From the NCBI GenBank assembly GCA_049511615.1, contig JBEKXW010000001.1, positions 222,052 to 286,051 on the forward strand: a stretch of DNA of 64,000 nt. Reading direction: 5' to 3'. A program made the position numbers and the translations under genes. Within the stretch, counting starts at the first letter, position 1. Each line of letters opens with the position of its first letter. Shown one piece after another: positions 50,185 through 59,415 of the stretch. Below the pieces are notes generated by a model that was given only the letters and a program-made list of their open reading frames with translations, ran no database searches and was not told the DNA's origin. The stretch is from Candidatus Dormibacteria bacterium. GTDB lineage: Bacteria; Chloroflexota; Dormibacteria; Aeolococcales; Aeolococcaceae.

Positions 50185-51426
50185 TCAGAGGCTGATCGCG
50201 CGCCCGCTCAGGGCCTCCACGGCGAGGAGGTAGGTCCCCGCGCTCCAGCTCTGGCCGGATGCCCCCTCGGGCTCGCCGGTGCGGGCGTCGATCCATTCGT
50301 GGAAGCCCCACCCCGGCCCCGAGCTCCGGCTGAGCCGGTTGGCCGCGGCGACCCGGGCGAGCTCGGCGCGGGCCTCCGCCGCCATCCCCACCCGATGCAG
50401 GGCCACGACGTAGAGGCCGCCGATGAAGGGCCAGACGCCGCCGTTGTGGTAGCGGCCGGGTGGGTTGCGCCAGCGTGGATCCTGGAAGGCCTCGAGGTCC
50501 TGCCGGTACATCCCCCAGCGGTCGCCCGGATCGAAGCTGCGCGTGTAGGTGCGCATCGGATAGGGGGTCGCCGCCGGGCTCTGGTGGAGGAACTCCATGA
50601 TCGCCCGGGCGCGCCCCGGCGAGGCGACCCCGTAGAGGACGGCGAGGACGTTCCCCAGCACGTCGCATTCGTCCACGTAGCGGCCTCCGTCGACGTGGGA
50701 GAGGTAGTGGCGCCGGTCCCCGCGCATCGCGCCGCGCCGGGCGGCCGGCCCGACCGGGTGGGGAAAGCTCGCCTCCGCGCTCGGAGGGTGGCCAGCCCCG
50801 TCGAGGAGCTCACCGTGGTCGGTGCCCGCCTCCGGCCAGAGCAGGAGGTCGATCTTGCGCCGGAGCAGCTGGGCCCGGGACCGGTACGTCTCGGCGTCGC
50901 CCGGGGTCAGGTCCACCATCCCCAGCAGGGCCCGGTGGTAGAGGGCGTTGACGTAGAGCAGCTTGCCCGCGCGCTGCAGCGTGGAGTCCATCCAGTCGCC
51001 GCCCGCGGGGGAGTCGATGACGGTGAACTGGTTGGCGTCCTGGTCCTCCAGCCAGTGGATCGCCCGCCGCAGGTGCGGCCAGAGCCGGCGCCTCAGCCGG
51101 GGGTCGGGATGGGCCCGGAGATGCTGGGAGGCCGCGACCACGAAGAGGCAGGTCGCGTCGGTGCAGCCCGACTCGTGGAAGTCCCAATAGGCGCGGCGCG
51201 GCCACCACGCGTTGGGTATCTGCCCGGTCCCGGCCTGGAGCTGGGCGAGACCCACCAGGCTGCGCGCCACCGCCTCGACCAGCTCGGGGTCGGCCGACAC
51301 GTTGGCGCCGAGCGCTGCGAAGGCGACGTCGCGGGTCCAGACGGCGGCGTAATGGGGGAGCTCCGCCGAGGCCAGGAGCCCCTCCGGGGCGGCCGCGGCC
51401 CGGAGCACGGAGAGAGCCGGGCCCAC
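50185..51426 (-). CDS. (alpha/alpha)6 six-hairpin glycoside hydrolase, glycogen-debranching (GDE_C)/neutral-invertase-like
   Basis: 'YAAVWTRDVAF', 'GGDWMDS' and 'RYHNGGVWPFIGGLYV'. The listed ORF runs to 51696, but that overlaps the upstream same-strand gene by 134 nt. GTG 51426 is the first canonical in-frame start after that gene's stop; the start is uncertain. Confidence 0.7.
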   Translation of the reverse strand: MGPALSVLRAAAAPEGLLASAELPHYAAVWTRDVAFAALGANVSADPELVEAVARSLVGLAQLQAGTGQIPNAWWPRRAYWDFHESGCTDATCLFVVAASQHLRAHPDPRLRRRLWPHLRRAIHWLEDQDANQFTVIDSPAGGDWMDSTLQRAGKLLYVNALYHRALLGMVDLTPGDAETYRSRAQLLRRKIDLLLWPEAGTDHGELLDGAGHPPSAEASFPHPVGPAARRGAMRGDRRHYLSHVDGGRYVDECDVLGNVLAVLYGVASPGRARAIMEFLHQSPAATPYPMRTYTRSFDPGDRWGMYRQDLEAFQDPRWRNPPGRYHNGGVWPFIGGLYVVALHRVGMAAEARAELARVAAANRLSRSSGPGWGFHEWIDARTGEPEGASGQSWSAGTYLLAVEALSGRAISL

Positions 51427-51562
51427 GCCGTCGGCGACGTCGGGGGACAGCGCGGGCGCGGCTCGCCGCTCGGCGGCGGGCGCCGATCCGTCGCGGCTCC
51501 GCGCGAGCCCCCCGCCCCCCGGGCCCGCGCCGGCTGGAGGCTGCCGCCTGGTGGCGGAGGTG

Positions 51563-52147
51563 TCAGTCGGGATGCCCGGTCTCGGCGTGGTAGTGGTCCG
51601 AGATCTGCTGCCAGGAGGCTGAGTTGGCCTTGCCGGGGAGCGGGCTGTTGCCGTCGAAGTAGCGGGTCTCGCCGGTCTCGACGTTGCGGTACTCACCGGG
51701 GCTCACCACCGTCCCGGACGCGAAGCGCACCCCGTGGGTGACCTGGTCGGGCATGTGGTGGCGGCCGTGAGCACCCGCCTCACCGGCGTGGTAGTGGTCG
51801 GAGACCTGCTGCCAGGACGCGGCGTTGCCCTTGCCGGGGAGCGGGCTGTTGCCGTCGAAGAAGCGGACCTCCCCGGTCTCGGTGTTGCGGTACTCCCCCG
51901 CGCTCACCACCGCCCCGGGTGCGAAGCGCACCCCGTGGGTGACCTGGTCGGGCATGTTGTGACGGCCGGGGGTGGCGGCCTCACCGGCGTGGTAGTGGTC
52001 GGAGATCTGCTGCCAGGACGCGGCGTTGACCTTGCCCGGAAGCGGGCTGTTGCCGTCGAAGTAGCGCACCTGACCGGTCTCGGTGTTGCGGTATTCCCCG
52101 GGGCTGACCACGGTCCCGGGAGCGAAGCGGACGCCGTGCTTGGGCAT
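51563..52147 (-). CDS. protein made of three tandem ~62-67-aa YjzC-like repeats joined by His-rich linkers
   Basis: ATG 52147 with GAGGG upstream. Three copies of 'HGVRFAPGTVVSPGEYRNTETGQVRYFDGNSPLPGKVNAASWQQISDHYHAGEA..GRH.MPDQVT'. The listed N-terminal extension to 52369 overlaps trpS. Confidence 0.75.
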   Translation of the reverse strand: MPKHGVRFAPGTVVSPGEYRNTETGQVRYFDGNSPLPGKVNAASWQQISDHYHAGEAATPGRHNMPDQVTHGVRFAPGAVVSAGEYRNTETGEVRFFDGNSPLPGKGNAASWQQVSDHYHAGEAGAHGRHHMPDQVTHGVRFASGTVVSPGEYRNVETGETRYFDGNSPLPGKANSASWQQISDHYHAETGHPD

Positions 52148-52190
52148 CGTCTGGGGCCCTCGATTGCAGCGGGTGGGACGTGAGCCCAGT

Positions 52191-53234
52191 CTAGCCCGCG
52201 GGCTGGGCCACGGCCAGCCCACACGCCTCGCGAGCCATGGCGATCGTCTCCCGGGCCACCACCCGGGCCCGCCGGGCGCCGTCGGCCAGCACAGCGGAGA
52301 CCAGACCGGGGGTGGCGGCGAGCTCGGCGCGGCGCTCGCGCATGGGGGCGAAGTGGTCGGCGATGGCATCGGCGAGCCAGCGCTTCACCTCGACGCAGCC
52401 GGTGCGCGCCTCCCTCTCCCCCTGCCAGATGTCCTCCCATCGATCGGGGCTGAAGAAGCGGTGGAGCCCGCAGACGTTGCAGCGCTCGGGGTGACCGGGG
52501 TCGGCACGCAGCGGTCGCTCCACGTCGGTGACCATGCCGGTGACCGCCCGCCGGATCTCCTCGGGGCTGTCCAGCATGCCGATGGTGTTCCCCCGGCTCT
52601 TGCTCATCTTGCTGACCCCGTCGGTGCCCATCACCCTGGGGATCTCGGTGAAGAGCCCCTGGGGTTCAGGAAAAACCTGTCCAAAACGATGGTTGAAGCG
52701 GCGCGCGATCTCCCGGGTCAGCTCGATGTGGGGCGCCTGGTCCTCGCCCACCGGGACCCGGTCGGCGCGGGGGAGCAGGATGTCGGCCGCCTGGAGCACC
52801 GGGTAGCCGAGCAGTCCGTAGTTGATGTTCTCGGGGAACTGCTCGACCTTCTCCTTGTAGCTGGGCACCCGTTCGAGCCAGCTGAGCGGTGTCGTCATGG
52901 AGAGCAGCAGATGCAGCTCGGCCACCTCGGGAAGGTCGGACTGCAGGAAGACGATGGAACGCTCGGGGTCGATGCCGGCGGCCAGCCAGTCGAGCATCAT
53001 CTCCTCGATGGCCGGCTGGATCGACGCGGTGTCGGTGACCGTGGTCAGCGAGTGATAGTCGGCGACGAAGAAGGCGCAGTCGTGGTCGTCCTGGAGCAGC
53101 ACCCAGTTGCGCAGCGCCCCCAGGTAGTTGCCCAGGTGCATCCTGCCGGTCGGCTGCATCCCGCTCAGCACCCGGAGCCGTCGCGCCGAGGGGGCCGCGT
53201 CCCCGGCGGGGCTCGCGACGGGGACTTCGTGCAT
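52191..53234 (-). CDS. trpS: tryptophan--tRNA ligase
   Basis: 'SGMQPTGRMHLGNYLGAL' (HIGH-type), 'GYPVLQAADIL' and 'KMSKS'. Confidence 0.93.
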   Translation of the reverse strand: MHEVPVASPAGDAAPSARRLRVLSGMQPTGRMHLGNYLGALRNWVLLQDDHDCAFFVADYHSLTTVTDTASIQPAIEEMMLDWLAAGIDPERSIVFLQSDLPEVAELHLLLSMTTPLSWLERVPSYKEKVEQFPENINYGLLGYPVLQAADILLPRADRVPVGEDQAPHIELTREIARRFNHRFGQVFPEPQGLFTEIPRVMGTDGVSKMSKSRGNTIGMLDSPEEIRRAVTGMVTDVERPLRADPGHPERCNVCGLHRFFSPDRWEDIWQGEREARTGCVEVKRWLADAIADHFAPMRERRAELAATPGLVSAVLADGARRARVVARETIAMAREACGLAVAQPAG

Positions 53235-53243
53235 GGGCCTGCG

Positions 53244-53249
53244 ATTCTA
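53244..53249 (-). promoter_or_regulatory. -10-like box TAGAAT, 9 nt upstream of trpS ATG (leaderless/near-leaderless candidate)
   Basis: The minus strand reads atcgtTAGAATcgcaggcccATG. Confidence 0.4.
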
Positions 53250-53393
53250 ACGATTGGGACCGAGCGAGCAGCCCTCGCCACCGGCGCGGGTGGCGAACGT
53301 GGGGCGTGGGGAGCCGTCGCATCCGGTGCGGGCCGCGCCGGCCGCGGCATGAGCGCGATGCGGGGAGACGTTGCGTCCGTCCGTCCCGCTGAT

Positions 53394-54521
53394 TCAGCCG
53401 AGGAGCGGCTGCCCCAGGAGCGCCTCGTAGACGCCGACCGTGCTGCGGGCGGCGGTCTCCCAGGTGAAACCGGCAGCGCGTTCCAGCCCCTGGCGCCGCC
53501 GCCGCACCACCTCGCCCGGGTCGGTCAGCAGCCGGTCGAGCGCGGCCGCGAGCGATCCGTCGTCGCCGTCCGGCACCAGCAGCGCCGCCTCGCCGGCCAC
53601 CTCGGGGAGCGAGCTGTTGGCGAAGCCCACCGCCACCGCGCCGCAGCCCATCGCCTCCAGGAGGGGGAGCCCGAAGCCCTCGTAGGCGCTCGGGAAGACG
53701 AAGGCCGCCGCTCCGCCGTAGAGGGCGACCAGGTCGGCGGTCTCCACGAAGCCCAGGTCCCGGCCGTGGTCGCCGAGAAGGGCGAGCTGGGCCCGTACCG
53801 AGGCGGCGAACAGCCCCTGCCGGCCGGTGACCACCAGATCGATGTCATGGTCCCGGCGCAGCCGGCGGGTGACCGCCACCAGGTGGGGCAGGCCCTTGCG
53901 CGGCTCGAACGTCCCCACCCCCAGGAGGTACGGCCGCCGCAGGGCGAAGCGGGCCAGGGTGGCCTCGACCGTCGCCGCGGGGGCCGGCCGGTATCGGGAC
54001 GAGAGCCCGTGGGGGACGACGTGGATCCGCTCCGGCGTGACCCCGGCGACCCGAACGCAGTCGGCGGCGGTGGCGCGGCTCGGGGTGACGACGGCGTCCG
54101 CCCGGCGCAGCAGTCGCATCCCGGGGCGGCGCAGGAGCCGCGATCTCCACGAGTAGCCGGGGAGGAGGAAGGGGATGAGGTCGTGCACGGTCACGACCAC
54201 CGGGATCGCCGCCCGGAGCGGCTGGCCGCCCTCCACCGCGTGATAGAGACGAGCCCGGCTCCGGCGCAGCGCCCGCGCGACGAGGTAGGGGTCGGCCAGG
54301 ACCTGGGCCCGGCGTTCCAGCCGGGGGACGCTTGCCGTCGCCTCGAACCCGGACCCGCCCCGGTCACCGGGCGGGCGGCCTCCCCGGCTCAGCAGGAGGC
54401 CGACGCGGGGGCTGACGCCGATCTCCGCCAGCCCCTCGAGCAGACCCCGCAGGTAGGTCCCGATCCCCCGGCTCGCGGAGTCGCCCTGGAGAGGGCGGCC
54501 GTCGATGAGCACCGGTCTCAC
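53394..54521 (-). CDS. GT4-family (GT-B) glycosyltransferase
   Basis: 'FVFPSAYEGFGLPLLEAMGCGAVAV' (EX7E). GTG 54521 forms a GTGA overlap with the upstream GT stop. Confidence 0.85.
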   Translation of the reverse strand: MRPVLIDGRPLQGDSASRGIGTYLRGLLEGLAEIGVSPRVGLLLSRGGRPPGDRGGSGFEATASVPRLERRAQVLADPYLVARALRRSRARLYHAVEGGQPLRAAIPVVVTVHDLIPFLLPGYSWRSRLLRRPGMRLLRRADAVVTPSRATAADCVRVAGVTPERIHVVPHGLSSRYRPAPAATVEATLARFALRRPYLLGVGTFEPRKGLPHLVAVTRRLRRDHDIDLVVTGRQGLFAASVRAQLALLGDHGRDLGFVETADLVALYGGAAAFVFPSAYEGFGLPLLEAMGCGAVAVGFANSSLPEVAGEAALLVPDGDDGSLAAALDRLLTDPGEVVRRRRQGLERAAGFTWETAARSTVGVYEALLGQPLLG

Positions 54522-55783
54522 GGCCGATCCGTCCGTCGTTCCGCCCAGCCCTCCCCGGCCACGGAAGCGATCAGGCCCTCCAGCCGCCGCACCACGCTGT
54601 TCCAGCGGTAGTGGAGGGCCACGAAGCGGCGTCCCGCCTCCCCCAGCCGGGCCGCCCGCTCGGGATCGGCGAGGAGGCTGCCGGCGCCGTCGCAGAGCCC
54701 CCGCGGGTCCCGGAATAGAAGTGCACCCCCGCTTCGTCCCGCCTGCCCTGCCAGCACCGGCGAGTCCCCGTTGAGCAGGCACGGCCGCCCCGCCGCCCAC
54801 GCCTCCAGAGTGACCAGCGAGAGGCTCTCCAGGCCGCTCGGCACCACCACCGCCTCGGCGCCCGCCAGCGCGGACCAGTGCTCCTCGTCGTCGAGCCACC
54901 CGAGGGAGAGGACCCCCTCCGGCGGCGCGACCAGCCTCTCGGGATCGCCGATGAGCGCCAGGGAGACCTCGGGGTGGCGCCGGCGGAGCAGGGCGTAGCC
55001 GTTGAGGAGGAGGTCCAGGCCCTTGCCGCGCGTGGCCCGCCCGGCATAGAGGAGGTAGCGGCCGAGGCCGCGGTCGCGCCGGAAGGCGTCCCGGTCGACC
55101 CCGACGGGCGGGTCGATCGCCACCGTTCCCACGGCATGGGGACGCCGGGCGGCGACCGGCTGCACCGCCTCCAGCAGGGTGCGCTCCTCCTCGGTCCCGT
55201 ACCAGAGGGCGTCGGCCGCCGCCACCGCACGCCCGACGGCCCGGAGCCCGAGCGCCGGTTCGGCGTGGGCGGCGGGGATCAGGAGCCGCGGGTGCGGCGC
55301 CGCGGGGAGGCCCCAGATGGTCGGGTGGTAGAGGTAGGGGGTGAAGAGGGTCGGCCGGTCGGACCCGGTGGCGAGGGCGTGGACCAGGGCGGGGGCGAAC
55401 GGTCCCTGGGCCACCAGCCAGGCGGTCTCCGGCCGGAGCGCCGCCGGAAGCCGGAAGACCGCCCGGCTCAGCTGGTGGAAGAGCTGGGGGTGCCGCCTGG
55501 ACACCGCCGCGAACCGCCGCACCCGGACCCCCCCGTCCAGGTCGTCCCCAGGGGGAAAGGCCGGCGACCAGGTGGCCTCGTCGCCCGCGGTGGTGGTCCA
55601 GACCTCGACGTCCCACCTCCGCCGCTGGAGGGCGTGGGCCAGCCGGCGGACCAGCAGCTCGCTGCCGCCGCTCACCCCCAGGCCGTACCGGGGCACGACC
55701 AGCCGGAGCCGTCTCGACGGCCCCGGCGTCCGCGGTCGCGGCCCGGCCACCGCCTCCGAAGCGTCCGCCGCCGACCCGGTCAC
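54518..55783 (-). CDS. GT4-family glycosyltransferase
   Basis: 'VVVPSGLESLSLVTLEAWAAGRPCL' and N-terminal 'RLVVPRYGLGVSGGSE'. GTG 55783 forms a GTGA overlap with the methyltransferase stop. Confidence 0.8.
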   Translation of the reverse strand: MTGSAADASEAVAGPRPRTPGPSRRLRLVVPRYGLGVSGGSELLVRRLAHALQRRRWDVEVWTTTAGDEATWSPAFPPGDDLDGGVRVRRFAAVSRRHPQLFHQLSRAVFRLPAALRPETAWLVAQGPFAPALVHALATGSDRPTLFTPYLYHPTIWGLPAAPHPRLLIPAAHAEPALGLRAVGRAVAAADALWYGTEEERTLLEAVQPVAARRPHAVGTVAIDPPVGVDRDAFRRDRGLGRYLLYAGRATRGKGLDLLLNGYALLRRRHPEVSLALIGDPERLVAPPEGVLSLGWLDDEEHWSALAGAEAVVVPSGLESLSLVTLEAWAAGRPCLLNGDSPVLAGQAGRSGGALLFRDPRGLCDGAGSLLADPERAARLGEAGRRFVALHYRWNSVVRRLEGLIASVAGEGWAERRTDRP

Positions 55784-57072
55784 ACGGGGACCGCGCGCCG
55801 CCCTGCTGGGACGTACCAGTCGGCGCGGCTGAGCGGGATCCCGGACTCGCCGTCCTCGCCCTGCCGGACCGCCAGCATCTGGTGGACGGCGATCGATCCC
55901 TGCTCGAAACCGACCCGGCTCCCGCTCATGTACAGCCTCCACACCCGCGCGCGCTCGACCCCGACCAGCCGCACGGCCTCGGCCCACCCCGCCTCCAGCC
56001 GTTCCACCCAGTTGCTCAGGGTGAGGGCGTAGTGCTCGCGGAGGCTCTCCACGTCGCGGACCTCGAGCCCGCTCGCCTGCAGCGCGGTGACCATGCCGCC
56101 CGCCTCCTGGAGCTCGCCGTCGGGGAAGACGAAGCTGTTCAGGAACGCGCCGATCCCACTCTTCCCGGGCTGGTTGGTGATGCCGTGGATGAGGGCCCGG
56201 CCCTCGGGCCGGAGCAGCCGCCGCACGGTGTCGCAGTAGCCGGCCATCCCGCGCCGGCCGACGTGCTCGACCATGCCCACGCTGGCCACGGCGTCGAACT
56301 CACGGCCGACCTCGTCGCGGTAGTCGGCGAGCCGCACCTCCGCCCTCCCCTCCAGGCCCCGCTCGCGCACCTCGCGGGCGGCCCACTCCGCCTGGCGCGG
56401 GCTGGCCGTGATCCCGAGGGCCTCCACCCCCCAGTGCTCGGCGGCGTGGAAGACCAGGCTGCCCCAGCCGCAGCCGATGTCCAGGAGCCGCTCCCCGGGC
56501 TGCAGGCGCAGCTTGCGGCACACCAGCTCGAGCTTCGCCTCCTGGGCGGTGTCGAGATCGGTGTCGGGGGTGGCGAAGTAGGCGCAGGAATAGGTGAGGG
56601 TCCGTCCCAGGAAGAGCCGGTAGAACTCGGGCGGCTGGTCGTAGTGGTGGCGGATCGCCGCGCGGTCGCGGAGCCGGCTGTGCAGCCGTCCCCGGAGCCG
56701 CGCCTCGACCGGGAGCCCCCGGGGGTCCGGCCTGGCACCGAGGGCGAGAGCGGCGATGGCGATGCGCGGGACGAGACGGGCCAACCGGCCCATGGACAGG
56801 TCGTTGACGTGCCCCAGGAAGCTGTACAGACCCTCGACCTCGAGGCTGCCCTCGACGTAGGCACGGCCGAAGCCGCGGTCCGGGAGGTCGCCGATGAGGC
56901 GGTCGAGGGCCTTGCGGCTCTTGAGGCGGAGGACGAATCGGGGCAGCAGGGGCTCCCCCACGCTGCTCCCGTCCCACAGCTCGAGGCGCCACCGATCGGT
57001 GCCCCAGACCGCGCTGAGGACGGAGAAGAGCCGGCGGCCGGCGCCGGGGTCAGGGCCTGCGTTCGGCTTCAT
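55780..57072 (-). CDS. cyclopropane-fatty-acyl-phospholipid synthase family SAM-dependent methyltransferase
   Basis: 'HHYDQPPEFYRLFLGRTLTYSCAYF', 'LLDIGCGWGSL' and 'FDAVASVGMVEHVG'. Start taken at ATG 57072 (MKPNAG). Confidence 0.88.
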   Translation of the reverse strand: MKPNAGPDPGAGRRLFSVLSAVWGTDRWRLELWDGSSVGEPLLPRFVLRLKSRKALDRLIGDLPDRGFGRAYVEGSLEVEGLYSFLGHVNDLSMGRLARLVPRIAIAALALGARPDPRGLPVEARLRGRLHSRLRDRAAIRHHYDQPPEFYRLFLGRTLTYSCAYFATPDTDLDTAQEAKLELVCRKLRLQPGERLLDIGCGWGSLVFHAAEHWGVEALGITASPRQAEWAAREVRERGLEGRAEVRLADYRDEVGREFDAVASVGMVEHVGRRGMAGYCDTVRRLLRPEGRALIHGITNQPGKSGIGAFLNSFVFPDGELQEAGGMVTALQASGLEVRDVESLREHYALTLSNWVERLEAGWAEAVRLVGVERARVWRLYMSGSRVGFEQGSIAVHQMLAVRQGEDGESGIPLSRADWYVPAGRRAVPV

Positions 57073-57131
57073 GATCGCCCCTCCGACAGGTGCTCGCGTG
57101 CCCGGCGATGGTGGCACACGCGGGGAGCGGC

Positions 57132-58220
57132 CTACCTGCCGGGAACCCCCGGCCCGGCGGCCGCGGGGGCGAGGCGGAGGCGCTCCAGCAGCTCCGACAG
57201 CCGCTCCCTCAGGACGACGTCCGAGAAGTCGCGCAGCCGCCGCCGTCCCCGCTCGACGAGGGCCCGGCGCAGCTCCGCGTCCCGGATCACCCGGTCGACG
57301 ACCGCCGCCCACACCAGGGGATCGCCGGTGCGCAGCAGGATCCCGGCGTCGCCCACCGTCTCGGGGACCGCCGCGGCGGCGCGCGCGACCAGGGGGAGGT
57401 CGAACGCCCACGCCTCCAGGAGGTGCATCCCGAACCCCTCGTGCTCGCTGGCGCAGACGGCCACGCTCGCCCCCGCGTAGAGGTCGCCCAGCTCACGGTC
57501 GCTGAGCCGTCCCGGCAGCTCCACCGCGCCGGCGACCTCGAGGTCCCGGGCCAGCCGGCGGAGGCCGGCGGCGTAGGTCTCGGTGTCGTCCCAGCCCCCG
57601 GGGAGCACCAGGGTCGCCTCCGGCTGCCCGCCGGCCCGGAGCGCCGCCAGCACCCGGATCAGCTCCTCCTGGCGCTTGTTGGGGGCGAGACGGGAGACGA
57701 AGATGAGACGCGCGGGGTGGAGGGCGCGGGCGGGACGGGGCGAGAGGCGCTGAAGGTCCACCGGGGGCGGGATGACCATCGTGGCCGGACAGCCCGCCGC
57801 CCGCAGCTCCTCCGCGTTGTAGGCGGAGTCGCCGATGCCCAACTCGATGGTCGGGGCCAGCCGTGCGAGGTCGCGGCGCCCCTGCTCGAGCCAGTAGGTG
57901 ACCCGTGGGCTGGCGGGCCGGTAGTACTCGGGCGGGGTAATGTTGTGATAGACGATCAGCCGCCGGCAGCCGAGCCCGGCGAACCGCCGGGCCGACGCGG
58001 CGCCGATGCTCAGGTGGTAGATGACGACATCGCCGGCTGCCACGCGCGTCTCCAGCTCGGCGAGCGGCCGCGCCTCGCCCTGCAGCCGCTGGTCGATCTC
58101 CTCGGCGAAGATCTCGGAGCGAAACCCGGCCTCCTGGAACGCCGCCCGCATCCGCCGGACCGCCTGGCCGATGGCGTCCCCGGGGGAGAGGACGGGGAGG
58201 AGCTGGTGGATGGCGGTCAT
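57132..58220 (-). CDS. GT4-family glycosyltransferase
   Basis: 'VAVCASEHEGFGMHLLEAWAFDLPLV'. ATG 58220 lies 4 nt after the upstream stop. Confidence 0.82.
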   Translation of the reverse strand: MTAIHQLLPVLSPGDAIGQAVRRMRAAFQEAGFRSEIFAEEIDQRLQGEARPLAELETRVAAGDVVIYHLSIGAASARRFAGLGCRRLIVYHNITPPEYYRPASPRVTYWLEQGRRDLARLAPTIELGIGDSAYNAEELRAAGCPATMVIPPPVDLQRLSPRPARALHPARLIFVSRLAPNKRQEELIRVLAALRAGGQPEATLVLPGGWDDTETYAAGLRRLARDLEVAGAVELPGRLSDRELGDLYAGASVAVCASEHEGFGMHLLEAWAFDLPLVARAAAAVPETVGDAGILLRTGDPLVWAAVVDRVIRDAELRRALVERGRRRLRDFSDVVLRERLSELLERLRLAPAAAGPGVPGR

Positions 58221-58224
58221 GAGC

Positions 58225-59415
58225 TCATCCGGCGCGCACCGGCAGCAGCTCGGCCACCGCGGTCTCAAACCGATCCAGCGTCGCGTCCCAGGAGACGTGC
58301 TGGATGACGTGGCGCCGGCCGGCCGCGCCGAGCCGGTCGCGGAGGGCGTGGTCGGCCGCCAGCCGGAGGATGGCCTCCACCGCCTCTTCGACATTGCGCA
58401 CCCAGAGACCGCCGCCGGCTTCCCGGCAGTGGCGGCTGGTCACCTCGCAGCCGGCATGCACGATCACCGGGGTGCCGACGCTCCACGCTTCCATGACCAC
58501 GTAGCTGAAGCTCTCGGCCAGCGAGAGGTTGACCACCGCGGTGGAGGCGGCGAACACCCCCAGCTTGTCGTCGTCGTCCAGCACCCCCAGGTCGCGAACG
58601 AACGGTCGGGCCGCGGGTGGGAGGACGGCGGGGCCCGCGCCCATCGCGGCGAGGGTGACCCGCTGCCTCCAGCCCAGGTTCGCCGCCGTCACCGCCTCGG
58701 CGACCAGGGGGAAGTTCTTGGCCTCCTCCCGTCTCCCCGCATAGCTGACCACCGTCCCCTCGAGGCCGTGCCGCCGGCGCGCCCCCTGGCGGTCGACGTA
58801 CTCGGCCGGGAGCTCGATGCCCGCGCCCACCAGCCGCCCCGGGGGGAGGCCGGGGATGAGCCGCCCGGCCACCTGGCGCTCGCCGGAGCTGATCCAGAGC
58901 AGCCCGGCCGCGGACCGCAGGGTCTCCTGCACGCACGTGAAGCGCGCGTAGGCCTCGTCGTGGAGGAGCGGCTGGATGAGGCTCCGGTCGGGCCGCACCC
59001 GCGCCCCCAGGACGGTGCTGGCGAAGAGGTAGGGGGCGAACACGAGGGCGTCGACCCGGTCCGCCACCGCCGCGATGGCGTCGAGCAGGGGCTCGCTGTG
59101 CCCGGTGTTGCGCACCCATTCCTCCTGATGGGCGGGAGGGATGGTGAGGCCGCCGTCGATGGCGGTCTGGAGCCGGGCCATGAGGGAGCGGTCGCGGGCC
59201 ACCGTCACCGGGTACCGCCGCACCGGGATCCCGTCCACGGTGTCCGGCCCCGGGGGCAGGGCGTTCTCCCACGTGTAGTGGTCGATCGCACAGGTGGTGA
59301 GGACGGTGACGTCGTGACCGCGGCGCCGCAACCGGCCGGCCAGCTGGCCGACGTGGTACTCGGCGCCTCCCAGAACGCCGGCTGCGAAGCGGGGGACGAC
59401 GAAGGCGAGCTTCAC
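58225..59415 (-). CDS. GT4-family glycosyltransferase
   Basis: 'KLAFVVPRFAAGVLGGAEYHVGQLAGRL' and 'VNLSLAESFSYVVMEAWSVGTPVIV'. GTGA overlap with the upstream small ORF. Confidence 0.82.
   Translation of the reverse strand: MKLAFVVPRFAAGVLGGAEYHVGQLAGRLRRRGHDVTVLTTCAIDHYTWENALPPGPDTVDGIPVRRYPVTVARDRSLMARLQTAIDGGLTIPPAHQEEWVRNTGHSEPLLDAIAAVADRVDALVFAPYLFASTVLGARVRPDRSLIQPLLHDEAYARFTCVQETLRSAAGLLWISSGERQVAGRLIPGLPPGRLVGAGIELPAEYVDRQGARRRHGLEGTVVSYAGRREEAKNFPLVAEAVTAANLGWRQRVTLAAMGAGPAVLPPAARPFVRDLGVLDDDDKLGVFAASTAVVNLSLAESFSYVVMEAWSVGTPVIVHAGCEVTSRHCREAGGGLWVRNVEEAVEAILRLAADHALRDRLGAAGRRHVIQHVSWDATLDRFETAVAELLPVRAG

Noticed and set aside
52400-52520. Possible Fe-S cluster motif in TrpRS (C-x2-C ... 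C near 'ERCNVCGLH...TGC')
   Set aside because: Only three cysteines are present, and their spacing and order do not match the C-x22-C-x6-C-x2-C motif I recall for cluster-containing TrpRS, so this is not supportable from sequence alone.
53235-53393. Possible T-box leader upstream of trpS
   Set aside because: The region is only 159 nt with no GGUGGNACCGCG-type T-box sequence. It has only a CGCCACC/GGTGGCG hairpin, more likely the terminator of the upstream GT4 gene, and a -10 box sits 9 nt from the ATG.
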